From Clostridia bacterium (GTDB lineage Bacteria; Bacillota; Clostridia; Christensenellales; CAG-138): a stretch of DNA of 64,000 bases. The DNA is taken from the NCBI GenBank assembly GCA_017448545.1, contig JAFSLH010000005.1, positions 52,627 through 116,626 on the forward strand, in the 5' to 3' direction. The translations under genes and the position numbers were made by a program. The notes beneath the pieces are model-generated. The model did no database searches and was not told where the DNA came from. It was given only the letters and a program-made list of their open reading frames with translations. Below are positions 36,928 to 46,390 of this stretch, piece after piece; the first letter of the stretch is position 1; each line of letters opens with the position of its first letter.

Positions 36928-36970
36928 CGCGCCCTGCCAAACGGCAGGGCGTCATCTTGCCCGTTTTTTC
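36928..36970 (+). terminator. Hairpin terminator of the dat/Dlt-like operon
   Basis: CGCGCCCTGCC-AAAC-GGCAGGGCG with a T-run at 36964-36969. The stem is identical to the hairpin at 43523-43546. Confidence 0.5.
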
Positions 36971-37083
36971 TCAAAAAACCGTATACTATACATATAAATG
37001 GTATAAATATACCGTTCTATCTGGATTTTCAAGGTTTTTATTTATATTTTATTACATTTTTACAGACGCAGGGCCGTGCGGAA

Positions 37084-37112
37084 TTGACAATTGTAAAAAG
37101 ATATATTATAAT
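37084..37112 (+). promoter_or_regulatory. Consensus sigma-A promoter of the opp operon (TTGACA-17-TATAAT)
   Basis: Exact TTGACA at 37084-37089, a 17-nt spacer, and exact TATAAT at 37107-37112, within an AT-rich intergenic region. Confidence 0.65.
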
Positions 37113-37186
37113 TCCGAAAATCAGATCATTCTGTGAGAAGGGCGCCGTATATTCGGCGATTGTTCTCACCGAAGAAGGGGGAAGAC

Positions 37187-38128
37187 ATGGTCGCGTATAT
37201 TTTGAAACGTGTTGCGGGATCGATCGCGATCCTGCTGCTGATCATGGTCGTCACCTTTCTGCTGATGAACGCGATTCCGGGGAGCCCTTTTTTGACCGAA
37301 AAATCCACGCCGGAGCAGATTGCTTTGGCGGAGGCGAAGTATGGGTTGGATAAGCCATTGTATGTCCAGCTTTGGAACTACATCAAGAACTATTGCGTGG
37401 GCGACCTCGGCACGTCTCTCAAAATGCAGGAAGGAACGCCCGTCAAGGATATCATTTTTCATCAGGGGAAGTTCGCTCTGTCGATCAAACTCGGCGCGTG
37501 CGCTTTGGTGATTGCCGTATTGATCGGTATCCCGCTTGGCTGCATAGCAGCGTACTATCGCGGGTCGTGGATCGACGGTCTGCTTCGCGTGCTGACCACG
37601 GTCGGCGTTGCGGTGCCGACGTTTGTTTTGGCGGCGCTGCTTTTGGTCGTGTTCTCCGTCAACTTGAATTGGTTTCCGACGCTCAGCGGCAGTCTGCCGG
37701 ACGCAAAGAGCTATGTGCTGCCGGTGATCAGTCTGTCGTTCTATTATACGTGCTATATCGCGAAGCTGATGCGCACGAGCATGCTTGACGCGATTCATCA
37801 GGATTACATCCGCACGGCGAAGGCGAAGGGCGTCAAGACGCATATTTTGGTGCTCAAGCACGCGCTGCGCAACTCGCTGATTCCTGTGATCACATATCTC
37901 GGACCGGTCCTGGCGGGCATCATCACGGGCAGCTTTGTGGTGGAATCGACGTTCTCGATCCCGGGGCTCGGCAAGTATTTTGTGCAGTGCGTCTTAAGCC
38001 GCGACTATCCGGTCATCATGGCTACGACGGTCGTACTGTCCGCGCTTGTCATTTTCATGATGCTGATCGTTGACATCACGTATAAGCTCGTGGACCCGCG
38101 TATCACGCTGACTGCAAAGGAGGAATAA
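37187..38128 (+). CDS. oppB: Oligopeptide ABC transporter permease
   Basis: The N-terminus YILKRVAGSIAILLLIMVVTFLLM-IPGSP and an EAA-like loop (YIRTAKAKG) fit OppB. Confidence 0.9.
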   Translation: MVAYILKRVAGSIAILLLIMVVTFLLMNAIPGSPFLTEKSTPEQIALAEAKYGLDKPLYVQLWNYIKNYCVGDLGTSLKMQEGTPVKDIIFHQGKFALSIKLGACALVIAVLIGIPLGCIAAYYRGSWIDGLLRVLTTVGVAVPTFVLAALLLVVFSVNLNWFPTLSGSLPDAKSYVLPVISLSFYYTCYIAKLMRTSMLDAIHQDYIRTAKAKGVKTHILVLKHALRNSLIPVITYLGPVLAGIITGSFVVESTFSIPGLGKYFVQCVLSRDYPVIMATTVVLSALVIFMMLIVDITYKLVDPRITLTAKEE

Positions 38129-38131
38129 CAG

Positions 38132-39496
38132 GTGAAAGAACCCTTTGCAAAGCTGAGCCCTTTCCATGTCAATCCCGACAGCATCCTGGAAACATTCGGG
38201 TTGAAGGAGGATGATTTCGCGTCTGCGTCCGGCGAGGAAAAGGAATCCATGGTCGAAATGCACAAGAGCATTTCGTATTGGCAGGATGCGCTGCGCCGCT
38301 TCCGCGCAAACACCGTTTCCATGGTCGCGCTGTTCGTATTTCTGCTTTGCCTCGTGTTCGCATTTATCGGACCGATGCTGATTCCGTACGATTATTCTGA
38401 GCAGTACCGCAGCTCACAGAAACTCGGGCCGATGGAGTATTCCAAGAACGAGGAAACGATCCGCGCGTTGTCGAAAAACGTTGAAGCCTTCTACGCGACG
38501 GGGTTGCGTCCCGGCAGTCTGACCGCCTTGTCCAAGGGCAATTACGTGATTTCCTACAAGGGCAAGACGTACGCGTTCACCCTGGAAAAAGCGCTGGATA
38601 AGAGCGTGATCGTGATGCAGTCGGATGCCGAAGACCCGCTGCGCCTCGTGAAGGAGAGCAATATCAAGGACGGCGTTTATACCGATTACACGGCGATTGC
38701 CTATACCGAAACGGCGGCGGAGGACGCGACCGTGCTCAAGCTGCGGACGTATGTGTTTCCGCATGTGTTCGGCACCGACTCGCAGGGGCGCGACATCATG
38801 GCCAGAACGATGTACGGCGCGCGCGTTTCGATTATCATCGGCGTTGTGGCGGCTTTGATCGTCCTCGTCATCGGTTCCCTGTACGGCGCGATCTCGGGCT
38901 TGTGCGGCGGACCGGTCGATTTTGTGATGATGCGCATCGTGGAATTGATTTACTCGATTCCGGAGGTGCTGATCGTCCTGCTGCTGCAGGTGGTTCTGAA
39001 GGACCCGCTGCAGGCATGGTTCCAATCGGGAACGAGCGGATTTGTCAAAGCCATGTCCGACCTCGGCGCGGGCATCGTGAGTATTTTTATTACGTTTGCC
39101 GTGCTGTACTGGGTCACGATGGCTCGTATCATTCGCGGGCAGGTCCTGCAGTTGAAAAAGCAGGAATACGTAACGGCGGCGACCGCGCTCGGCGCGTCAA
39201 ATACGCGGATCATCGCCAAGCATCTGCTGCCGAACTGCATCGGACCGCTTGTGATTACAACGTGCCTGCAGATTCCGTCGGCAATCTTTCTGGAATCGTT
39301 CCTGTCGTTCCTCGGTCTCGGCGTTTCCGCGCCGATGGCGAGCCTCGGCTCTCTGTGCTCCGACGCGCTGGAAACAATCACTCTTTACCCGTACCGGCTC
39401 GTTTTTCCGGCGGTCATTCTGACCATCATCGTGCTGACGCTGAATCTGGTCGGAGACGGTCTGCGCGACGCGCTTGATCCGCGCCTGAAGAAGTAA
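38132..39496 (+). CDS. oppC: Oligopeptide ABC transporter permease with enlarged extracytoplasmic loop
   Basis: It contains GTDSQGRDIMAR and an EAA loop (YVTAATALGAS). The start is GTG. About 110 extra residues lie between TM1 and the GTD motif. Confidence 0.85.
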   Translation: MKEPFAKLSPFHVNPDSILETFGLKEDDFASASGEEKESMVEMHKSISYWQDALRRFRANTVSMVALFVFLLCLVFAFIGPMLIPYDYSEQYRSSQKLGPMEYSKNEETIRALSKNVEAFYATGLRPGSLTALSKGNYVISYKGKTYAFTLEKALDKSVIVMQSDAEDPLRLVKESNIKDGVYTDYTAIAYTETAAEDATVLKLRTYVFPHVFGTDSQGRDIMARTMYGARVSIIIGVVAALIVLVIGSLYGAISGLCGGPVDFVMMRIVELIYSIPEVLIVLLLQVVLKDPLQAWFQSGTSGFVKAMSDLGAGIVSIFITFAVLYWVTMARIIRGQVLQLKKQEYVTAATALGASNTRIIAKHLLPNCIGPLVITTCLQIPSAIFLESFLSFLGLGVSAPMASLGSLCSDALETITLYPYRLVFPAVILTIIVLTLNLVGDGLRDALDPRLKK

Positions 39497-39509
39497 AGGA
39501 GGTTCTCGC

Positions 39510-40517
39510 ATGGAAGAAAACAAGCCTTTGCTGAAAGTTCAGGATCTGAAAGTTTCCTTCTTCACCCCGGCGGGCGAAGTCAAGGCGGTGGACGGCATCT
39601 CCTATACCCTCGGTTATAACGAGGTCATGGGCATTGTCGGCGAGTCCGGTTCCGGAAAGAGCGTTGAAGCGTATTCCATCATCGGGCTTTTGCAGGACCC
39701 GGGCAAGGTGACCGGCGGCAGCATCGAGTTCGAGGGCGAGGACGTGCTCGCGTTCACGCCGGCGCAGATGCGCCAGTTTCGCGGAAACAAGGTCAGTATG
39801 ATCTTCCAGAACCCGATGACGTGCCTTAACCCGGTTTATACGATCGGTAATCAGCTTACAGAGGCGCTGACCTGTCACGATTCCTCGATTTCCAAGGAGG
39901 AAGCGAAAAAGCGGGCGATCGAAATGCTCGAACTGGTCGGCATCAACAATGCCGAAAAGCGGATGAACCAGTACCCGCACGAGTTTTCCGGCGGCATGCG
40001 TCAGCGCGCGATGATCGCTATGGCGCTGATCTGTTCTCCGAAGCTGTTGATTGCCGACGAGCCGACGACCGCGCTGGACGTGACGATTCAGGCACAGATT
40101 CTGGAACTGATGAAGAGCCTGCAAAAGAAGGAGAATACTTCGATCATCTTCATCACGCACAACCTGGGCGTCGTGGCGGAAATCTGCGATCGTGTGACCG
40201 TTATGTACGCGGGACGCATCGTGGAGCAGGGCAAGGTCAACGATATCTTTTACCGTCCGCAGCATCCGTACACAAAGGGGCTGCTCACGTCGATTCCGCG
40301 TTTGGACGAGGACGGGCTCGAACGGTTGATTCCGATCGAGGGAACGCCGATCGACCTGCTCGATCCGCCGAAGGGATGCAGCTTCGGACCGCGCTGCAGT
40401 CAGTGTATGAAAATCTGCCTGCGGGAAAAGCCGCCGTTTGCAGAGGTCGGCGAAGAACACATTTCCGCGTGCTGGCTGCACTTTAGGGACGGGCTCCCAA
40501 AGGGGGATGAAGTATGA
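39510..40517 (+). CDS. oppD: Oligopeptide ABC transporter ATP-binding protein
   Basis: Walker A GESGSGKS, the signature FSGGMRQR, and an OppD C-terminal domain. Confidence 0.92.
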   Translation: MEENKPLLKVQDLKVSFFTPAGEVKAVDGISYTLGYNEVMGIVGESGSGKSVEAYSIIGLLQDPGKVTGGSIEFEGEDVLAFTPAQMRQFRGNKVSMIFQNPMTCLNPVYTIGNQLTEALTCHDSSISKEEAKKRAIEMLELVGINNAEKRMNQYPHEFSGGMRQRAMIAMALICSPKLLIADEPTTALDVTIQAQILELMKSLQKKENTSIIFITHNLGVVAEICDRVTVMYAGRIVEQGKVNDIFYRPQHPYTKGLLTSIPRLDEDGLERLIPIEGTPIDLLDPPKGCSFGPRCSQCMKICLREKPPFAEVGEEHISACWLHFRDGLPKGDEV

Positions 40518-41524
40518 GCGACGAACGTAAAAAACTGGTCGAGGTCGAGTCGCTGCGCAAATATTTCACGGTCAAAGGCAATAAGCTGTTCGAAAAGAAA
40601 TACGTGCAGGCGGTCGAATCCGTATCGCTCTTCATTTACCAGGGGGAAACGCTCGGACTCGTCGGCGAGTCCGGCTGCGGAAAGACGACGCTCGGCAGAA
40701 CGATCATCCGGCTGTATGAGCCGACTTCCGGGCGCATCGTATACGACGGAACGCCGATCTTCGATTCCGAGCAGAAGATTCGCCTGAATATGCTGAAGTA
40801 CCGGCGAAAGATGCAGATCATCTTTCAGGACCCGTCCGCATCGCTTGACCCGCGCATGACGGTCGGAGAAATCGTAGGCGAAGCGCTCGATATCCATCAT
40901 CTGACGCAGAACAAGAACGAGCGGCGCGACCGCATCTGTTCTCTGCTTTCGGAGGTCGGGTTGAATACCGAGCATGCCAACCGCTTCCCGCATGAGTTTT
41001 CGGGCGGTCAGCAGCAGCGCATCGGCATCGCCCGCGCGCTCGCCGTCGACCCCGAATTTATCGTCTGCGACGAGCCTATCTCTGCACTGGACGTTTCGAT
41101 CCAGTCGCAGATTGTGAACATGCTGGAGGATTTGCAGCGCGAGAAGGGACTGACATACCTGTTCATCGCGCACGACGTTTCGGTGGTGCGTCATATTTCA
41201 GACCGCATCGGCGTGATGTACCTCGGATCGCTGGTAGAGCTTGCCGAAAGCTACGAGCTGTGCAACCACCCGATTCACCCGTATACGCAGACGCTGCTGT
41301 CTGCGGTGCCGCTGCCGGATCCGGAAAAGAGCCGCGCAAGACAGCGTATCCTGCTCGAGGGCGATATCCCGAGCCCGATGAATCCGCCGTCCGGCTGCCG
41401 GTTCCACACCCGTTGCCCGTATGCGACGGAGCGCTGCAAGGCCGAAACGCCTGTTTTCCGGGAATACAGCCCGGGTCACTACGCTGCCTGCCACCTTTTG
41501 GAACAGGGTGGTTCGGATAGATAA
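40514..41524 (+). CDS. oppF: Oligopeptide ABC transporter ATP-binding protein
   Basis: Walker [10 protein letters not shown] and the signature FSGGQQQR. An ATGA overlap couples it to oppD. Confidence 0.92.
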   Translation: MSDERKKLVEVESLRKYFTVKGNKLFEKKYVQAVESVSLFIYQGETLGLVGESGCGKTTLGRTIIRLYEPTSGRIVYDGTPIFDSEQKIRLNMLKYRRKMQIIFQDPSASLDPRMTVGEIVGEALDIHHLTQNKNERRDRICSLLSEVGLNTEHANRFPHEFSGGQQQRIGIARALAVDPEFIVCDEPISALDVSIQSQIVNMLEDLQREKGLTYLFIAHDVSVVRHISDRIGVMYLGSLVELAESYELCNHPIHPYTQTLLSAVPLPDPEKSRARQRILLEGDIPSPMNPPSGCRFHTRCPYATERCKAETPVFREYSPGHYAACHLLEQGGSDR

Positions 41525-41575
41525 AAAACAGTAGTTCTCTGTACAAAAGAACAGAATCCAAAGGAGGAAAAAACC

Positions 41576-43381
41576 ATGAAGAGAATCATTGCATTGCTTC
41601 TTGTGCTGTGCCTGGCAGTATCGCTCTTTGCGTGCACAACCAGCACGCCGGCCAACACGGGAACGACGACAACGACCGACACGACGAGCACGACGACGAA
41701 CTCCGGTTCCCAGTCCGCAAACGCCGGTACGACGGACAACAGCGGCAAGACCGATACGACCGAAACGACCGTGGCTGAAAAGTTTGTGGTCAATGCCTGC
41801 ATTGCGTCTGAACCTGAGACGATTGATCCGTCCACCATCAGCTCCGTAGACGGCTCGACCTACACGCAGCATCAGTTTGAGAACCTGATGAAGTATCAGA
41901 TGACCAACGATAACCCGGCGGGCGACCCGAATATGAAGTCCACTGAGATCGTGCTCGGTCAGGCCGCAGGCTATACCGTGTCCGATGACCTCACCGTCTA
42001 CACCTTCACGCTTCGTGACGACATTTTCTGGTCGGACGGCGTGCCGGTCAAGGCGCAGGATTGGGTCTATTCCTGGCAGCGCCTCGTCGATCCCGCGACC
42101 GCGTCTGACTACGGCTACTTCCTGGATAACATCGTGCTGAACGCGTATGATATCTATGAAGAAAACACCAAGGACAAGAGCGAGCTCGGCATCAAGGCGC
42201 TTGACGACAAGACGCTGGAGATCACCCTTGAAGCGCCCTGTGCGTACTTCCTCGAGATGTGCGCCTTCGCGTCCCTCGTCCCGCTCCGTCAGGATGTTGT
42301 GGAAGGCAGCGACAACTGGACCGATCCGGCGAACATCGTCGTCAACGGCGCGTACAAGCTCACCGAGTGGGTACACGACAGCTACCTGAAGATGGAAAAG
42401 AACGAAAAGTACTATGATTACGATAACCTCGGACCGGATGAGATCATCTGGTGGCTGAGCGACAGCGAGACCGCGATCTACTCCGCATATCAGTCCGGCG
42501 AGTATCAGTTCATCGAGAGCTTCCCGAGCGATCTGACCGAGACGCTGCAGGCTTCCGGCGATTGCTACATCAATCCGTACGTCGGCACCTATTATCTGTA
42601 TCTGAACTGCAGCAAGGTCACTGATTGGCGCGTCCGCGCTGCGATGGTCCTCTCCGTTGATCGTGAGAACATCGTAGACAACGTCACCCAGCAGAATCAG
42701 AGCCCGGCAACCGGTTTCGTTGCTTCCGGTATCCTCGATTCCACCGGTGCGGACTTCGCGTTCGGCGTTTCCGAGCTCGGTGCAATCTACAACACGCTTT
42801 CGACCATGTATCCGGATGCTGACCTCAGCACCTATGCGGGTCGCTGCGAGCTTGCACAGCAGCTCTATCAGGCGGCGGTTGACGACGGATCCTGGGATCC
42901 CAACACCACCGTTGTTTACAACTTCAACACGTCCGAAACCCACAAGGCGATCGCAGAAGCCTGCGGTTCCGACTGGGTGACGGTTCTCGGTCTGAAGATC
43001 TCGCTGGAGAACCAGGAATGGGCGACCTACACCAACGGACTCGGCGAGCACACGTTCGGCGTTGCGCGTCTCGGCTGGATCGCGGACTACAATGACCCGG
43101 TCACTTACCTTGAGCTGCTGGTCACCGGCAATTCTTACAACTACGGTCTGTTCAGCAATGAGGCCTACGACGCGAAAATCAACAGCGCGAAGGCGATGCT
43201 TGCGGGTGCAGAGCGTGACGCCCTGCTGTACGAAGCGGAAGAGCTGCTGTTCGGCGAAGGCGGCTTCCCGGTTTGCCCGATCTACTACTACACCAACCCC
43301 TACTGCGCACAGGGCCTGACCAATGTCGCTTACACGACGATGGGTTACTTCTTCTTCCAGTATGCGCAGCCCGCTGCGTAA
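41576..43381 (+). CDS. oppA: Peptide ABC transporter substrate-binding lipoprotein
   Basis: Lipobox LFACTT, a Thr-rich linker and a family 5 SBP body of 601 aa. An AAGGAGG RBS precedes the start. Confidence 0.9.
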   Translation: MKRIIALLLVLCLAVSLFACTTSTPANTGTTTTTDTTSTTTNSGSQSANAGTTDNSGKTDTTETTVAEKFVVNACIASEPETIDPSTISSVDGSTYTQHQFENLMKYQMTNDNPAGDPNMKSTEIVLGQAAGYTVSDDLTVYTFTLRDDIFWSDGVPVKAQDWVYSWQRLVDPATASDYGYFLDNIVLNAYDIYEENTKDKSELGIKALDDKTLEITLEAPCAYFLEMCAFASLVPLRQDVVEGSDNWTDPANIVVNGAYKLTEWVHDSYLKMEKNEKYYDYDNLGPDEIIWWLSDSETAIYSAYQSGEYQFIESFPSDLTETLQASGDCYINPYVGTYYLYLNCSKVTDWRVRAAMVLSVDRENIVDNVTQQNQSPATGFVASGILDSTGADFAFGVSELGAIYNTLSTMYPDADLSTYAGRCELAQQLYQAAVDDGSWDPNTTVVYNFNTSETHKAIAEACGSDWVTVLGLKISLENQEWATYTNGLGEHTFGVARLGWIADYNDPVTYLELLVTGNSYNYGLFSNEAYDAKINSAKAMLAGAERDALLYEAEELLFGEGGFPVCPIYYYTNPYCAQGLTNVAYTTMGYFFFQYAQPAA

Positions 43382-43395
43382 GCAACGGTAAGTAC

Positions 43396-43428
43396 CTGCT
43401 GCAAAGGCGTCAGGCTGTTTGCGGCAGA
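43396..43428 (+). repeat. Partial copy (5' arm only) of the intergenic module seen at 44706-44980 and 60519-60849
   Basis: CTGCTGCAAAGGCGTCAGGCTGTTTGCGGCAGA compares with GGCTGTTGCAAAAGGCGTCAGACCATTTGCGGCATA. As in the full copies, it lies shortly after a stop codon. Confidence 0.5.
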
Positions 43429-43521
43429 ACAGGAATGAAACCGAAAGACGGGGCTGTCTCATGCGTGAGGCAGCCTCTTCGCCGTCTGTGGCCTTTTCCG
43501 CTCGAAAGGGTTCTTAATACA

Positions 43522-43560
43522 ACGCGCCCTGCCGGATGGCAGGGCGTTGTTCGTTCTGTT
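43522..43560. terminator. Hairpin terminator between convergent oppA and the permease gene
   Basis: CGCGCCCTGCC-GGAT-GGCAGGGCG followed by a T-rich tract. Confidence 0.55.
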
Positions 43561-43561
43561 T

Positions 43562-44701
43562 TCAGAAGAAATTCCAATGCGAAAGCAGGAAGCCGGGAAT
43601 CACGACGATCAGGAAGAACGCCCAGCTGATCAGCGTAAAGACTTTGATGAACGGCTTTCCGTTGTTCGGATATTCGCGGACATAGATGCGATAGTTGATC
43701 ACCGAAGCGAGCGAGCCGATCAAAGAGCAGAGCCCGGCAGTGTCCGCGCCGTAAATCAATCCGGCAAAGTTCTCCGTGAACGGATACAGCACGATCGTTG
43801 CGGGAACGTTGGAAATAATCTGACTGAGGCCGATCGCCCACCAGTATTCGTACCCGGCGACGGCCTTTTTCAGCCAACCGGCAATCGCTTCGTTGGCGGC
43901 AATCGATGAGGAAAACACGAAGAAGCAGAAGAACGTAACGATCAGCACATAGTCCACTTTGAGAAGCAGTTTCCGGTCGAAAATCAGGATCGCTGCCAAA
44001 ACGATTCCGACGACGATATACCAATACGCGGTGCGCGTCACGATGCACGCGATGATCAGCGCAAACAGCGTCAGATAGACGATGCGCTTTGTGCGGCCTT
44101 CCTTTTCCCAGGGAACGCTTTCCGGCGCGGCGTCGATCGTTTCGCGCGGGTCTTTCCGATACAGGAACAGGATAAACACGATCAAAAGCAGGGCGGAAAT
44201 CGCCGCAAGCGGCAGCATGTGCAGCATAAAGTGCCATGCACTGACGTTTGCCTGTCCGTACAGAAACAGGTTCTGCGGGCTTCCGAACGGCATCAGAAGC
44301 GAGCCGCGGATTGCTGCAATATTCTCAAACGTCAAAACGGGCAGAATGTATTGCTCCTTGTTTCCGGCGCGGAAGAGCAGAATCGTTACCGGTACAAAAA
44401 TGATCAGCGAAACGTCGTTCGTGACGAACATCGACATAAAGAATACGCCGAACACCAGAAACAGTGTCATCAGCGTCATGCGGCGCAAGCCGGACGCAAG
44501 CCGGATCAGCGGCTGCAGAATCCGTTCCTGCTTGAAGCCCTCCAGCACACAGAGCATCATCAGCAGCGTTCCGAGCGTGCGCCAGTCGATATCGGCAAGC
44601 AGCGCCGCAGACGGCGGCGTGATCAGCAGGGACAGCAGCGCTGCCAGGACCGAGACGGTGAGCATCGGCTCCCGTTTCAAGAATGAAAGTACTTTTTTCA
44701 T
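43562..44701 (-). CDS. Anion permease (SLC13 / ArsB-NhaD / citrate transporter-like superfamily)
   Basis: About 11 TM segments and 379 aa. The ATG at 44701 sits 6 nt after a TATAAT box. The longer ORF starting at 44767 would begin inside a non-coding repeat. Confidence 0.7.
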   Translation of the reverse strand: MKKVLSFLKREPMLTVSVLAALLSLLITPPSAALLADIDWRTLGTLLMMLCVLEGFKQERILQPLIRLASGLRRMTLMTLFLVFGVFFMSMFVTNDVSLIIFVPVTILLFRAGNKEQYILPVLTFENIAAIRGSLLMPFGSPQNLFLYGQANVSAWHFMLHMLPLAAISALLLIVFILFLYRKDPRETIDAAPESVPWEKEGRTKRIVYLTLFALIIACIVTRTAYWYIVVGIVLAAILIFDRKLLLKVDYVLIVTFFCFFVFSSSIAANEAIAGWLKKAVAGYEYWWAIGLSQIISNVPATIVLYPFTENFAGLIYGADTAGLCSLIGSLASVINYRIYVREYPNNGKPFIKVFTLISWAFFLIVVIPGFLLSHWNFF

Positions 44702-44705
44702 AGGC

Positions 44706-44980
44706 GCATTATACATCGGAACCGATCGAAAGACAAGCTTTTTTGGATGAAAAGGACGTTGTCTCAAAACTCTCTAAGGTGCTATAAGGGGCTGTTGATA
44801 AGGCAGGCAGAATTCGCGTTTTCGTCCCGAAGGCTATACTGACGCTATGCCGAGGGCGAAAACGCGGATAGTTTTCGGCAAATAATCAAAAGAATGTGCG
44901 AAATTGGCGCACATTCTTCCTACCAGTATTCTTTTTTCCGGTCTGCCGAAAACGGTCTGGCGCCTTTTGCGACAGCCACC
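44706..44980 (-). repeat. Structured intergenic module, copy 1 (terminator hairpin, branched stems, outward promoter)
   Basis: Collinear with 60519-60849 when read in the direction of the flanking genes. Shared blocks are GGCTGTYGCAAAAGGCGYCAGACC, TGATTATWTGCCGMAAAYTATCCGCGTTTTCGCCC, GGGACGAAAACGCGAATTCTGMCTGCCTTATCAACAGCCCCTTA, AGAGTTTTGAGACAAC and TTTCGATCGG..TATAATGC. Confidence 0.75.
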
Positions 44981-45001
44981 CGAAACGCTTTAGGATTCGA
45001 A

Positions 45002-46324
45002 TTACTTCTCCTTCTTCATGCCGCCGAGTACCAGGTTGGCGACGATGCCGAGGATCAGCGCGCACGCAACGGTTGTGAGGTTGACGTTGCCGAAACTGAC
45101 AGTCAAACCGCCGACGCCCGCGACCAGGATGACAGAGACCACAAACAGGTTGCGGTTGTCGTTCAGATTGACCTGCTGAATCATCTTCAGACCGGAGACT
45201 GCGATGAAGCCGTACAGCGTGATGCAGACGCCGCCCATGACGCAGCCGGGGATCGTGGCGAGGAATGTTGCGAACGGTCCGATGAAGCTGACGATGATGG
45301 CCATGATCGCGGTGTAGAGGATCGTGATGACCGAAGCGTTGCCGGAAATCGCGACGCAGGCGATGGACTCGCCGTAGGTGGTGTTGCAGGCGCCGCCGAA
45401 GATTGCACCTGCAAAGGAGCCGATACCGTCGCCGAGCAGCGTGCGGTGCAGGCCCGGATCTTTGGTCAGGTCGACGCCGAGGATGGAGCTGAGGTTCTTA
45501 TGGTCGGCAAGGTGCTCCGCAAAGACGACGAAGGCAACCGGGACATACGCGACGATGATCGTGACGACATATTCGAGAGTCAGATCGCCGAAGCCCTTGA
45601 ACGCGGTCAGGAACGTGAAGTCCGGGATCCATTGGATGTTCTGGAACTTGGCGAAGTCGATGACGACCAGCTCCGCATTGCCGGTGACATTGCCGATGAC
45701 GGTGAAGATCGAAGCGACGATGTAGCCCGCGACGATACCGACGACGAACGGGATCAGCTTCAGCATCTTCTTGCCGTAGACGGAGGAGAGGATCGTAGCA
45801 AACAGAGTCACGAGACCGCAGATGAGGCAGACGTAGGTGTTGGCCGTCATGGAACCGCCGGATGCGCCGGTCAGGTCGTTGATAGCGTTGCTCGCAAGCG
45901 AAAGACCGATGATTGCGACAGTCGGCCCAATGATGATTGCGGGCATCAGCTTGTTGATCCAGTTAACGCCGGCGAACTTCACGACAAGCGCGATTACGAC
46001 GTATACAAGACCTGCGAAGCAGGCGCCCATGATCAAACCGAGGTAGCCGAGCTGCACCGAAGCGGCGCCGCCGAAGGCTGCAAACATCGAACCGAGAAAT
46101 GCGAACGAGCTGCCGAGGAAGACCGGGCTGCGGAACTTGGTGAAGAGCAGGTAGACGAGCGTGCCGATACCTGCGCCGAACAGGGCGGCCGTTGCGCTCA
46201 TGCCGTTGCCGACGATGGCCGGAACCGCGATCGTTGCCGCCATGATGGCAAGCAGCTGCTGCAGCGCGAACAGAATCGTTTGACCGAATTTCGGTTTGTC
46301 CTTAATGTTGTAAACCAGATTCAT
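45002..46324 (-). CDS. pyrP: Uracil permease (NCS2 family)
   Basis: FGQTILFALQQLLAIMAATIAVP and 12-14 TM segments. I chose the second ATG (46324), preceded by GGAGG. Its position downstream of pyrR also fits pyrP. Confidence 0.88.
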   Translation of the reverse strand: MNLVYNIKDKPKFGQTILFALQQLLAIMAATIAVPAIVGNGMSATAALFGAGIGTLVYLLFTKFRSPVFLGSSFAFLGSMFAAFGGAASVQLGYLGLIMGACFAGLVYVVIALVVKFAGVNWINKLMPAIIIGPTVAIIGLSLASNAINDLTGASGGSMTANTYVCLICGLVTLFATILSSVYGKKMLKLIPFVVGIVAGYIVASIFTVIGNVTGNAELVVIDFAKFQNIQWIPDFTFLTAFKGFGDLTLEYVVTIIVAYVPVAFVVFAEHLADHKNLSSILGVDLTKDPGLHRTLLGDGIGSFAGAIFGGACNTTYGESIACVAISGNASVITILYTAIMAIIVSFIGPFATFLATIPGCVMGGVCITLYGFIAVSGLKMIQQVNLNDNRNLFVVSVILVAGVGGLTVSFGNVNLTTVACALILGIVANLVLGGMKKEK

Positions 46325-46390
46325 AAGTACCTCCATTGACTTATTATGTCTTGCTTGTATGCTATCGGCACGATTGCCGGATAGTCCTCT

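Noticed and set aside
36922-37353. A 143-aa ORF across the AT-rich region upstream of oppB.
   Set aside because: It covers a terminator hairpin and a perfect TTGACA-17-TATAAT promoter. It also runs out of frame into oppB, and it has no RBS or recognisable domain.
41198-43462. Other very long antisense ORFs. Examples are 3152-5260, 17808-19124, 24386-26005, 28630-30138, 30477-32012, 41198-43462, 44894-46339, 51487-53070, 55159-56922 and 59157-60626.
   Set aside because: Each lies opposite a strongly supported conserved gene (ATPase B, glgP, oppA, pyrP, typA, clpX and others). Their compositions are Arg/Asp/His-rich, as expected for antisense translation of GC3-rich or hydrophobic codons. None has an SD-preceded start.
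46325-46390. A possible second PyrR attenuator in the pyrR-pyrP gap.
   Set aside because: The gap contains only a weak CTATCCGG...CCGATAG hairpin. It has no PyrR-loop-like sequence and no U-run.
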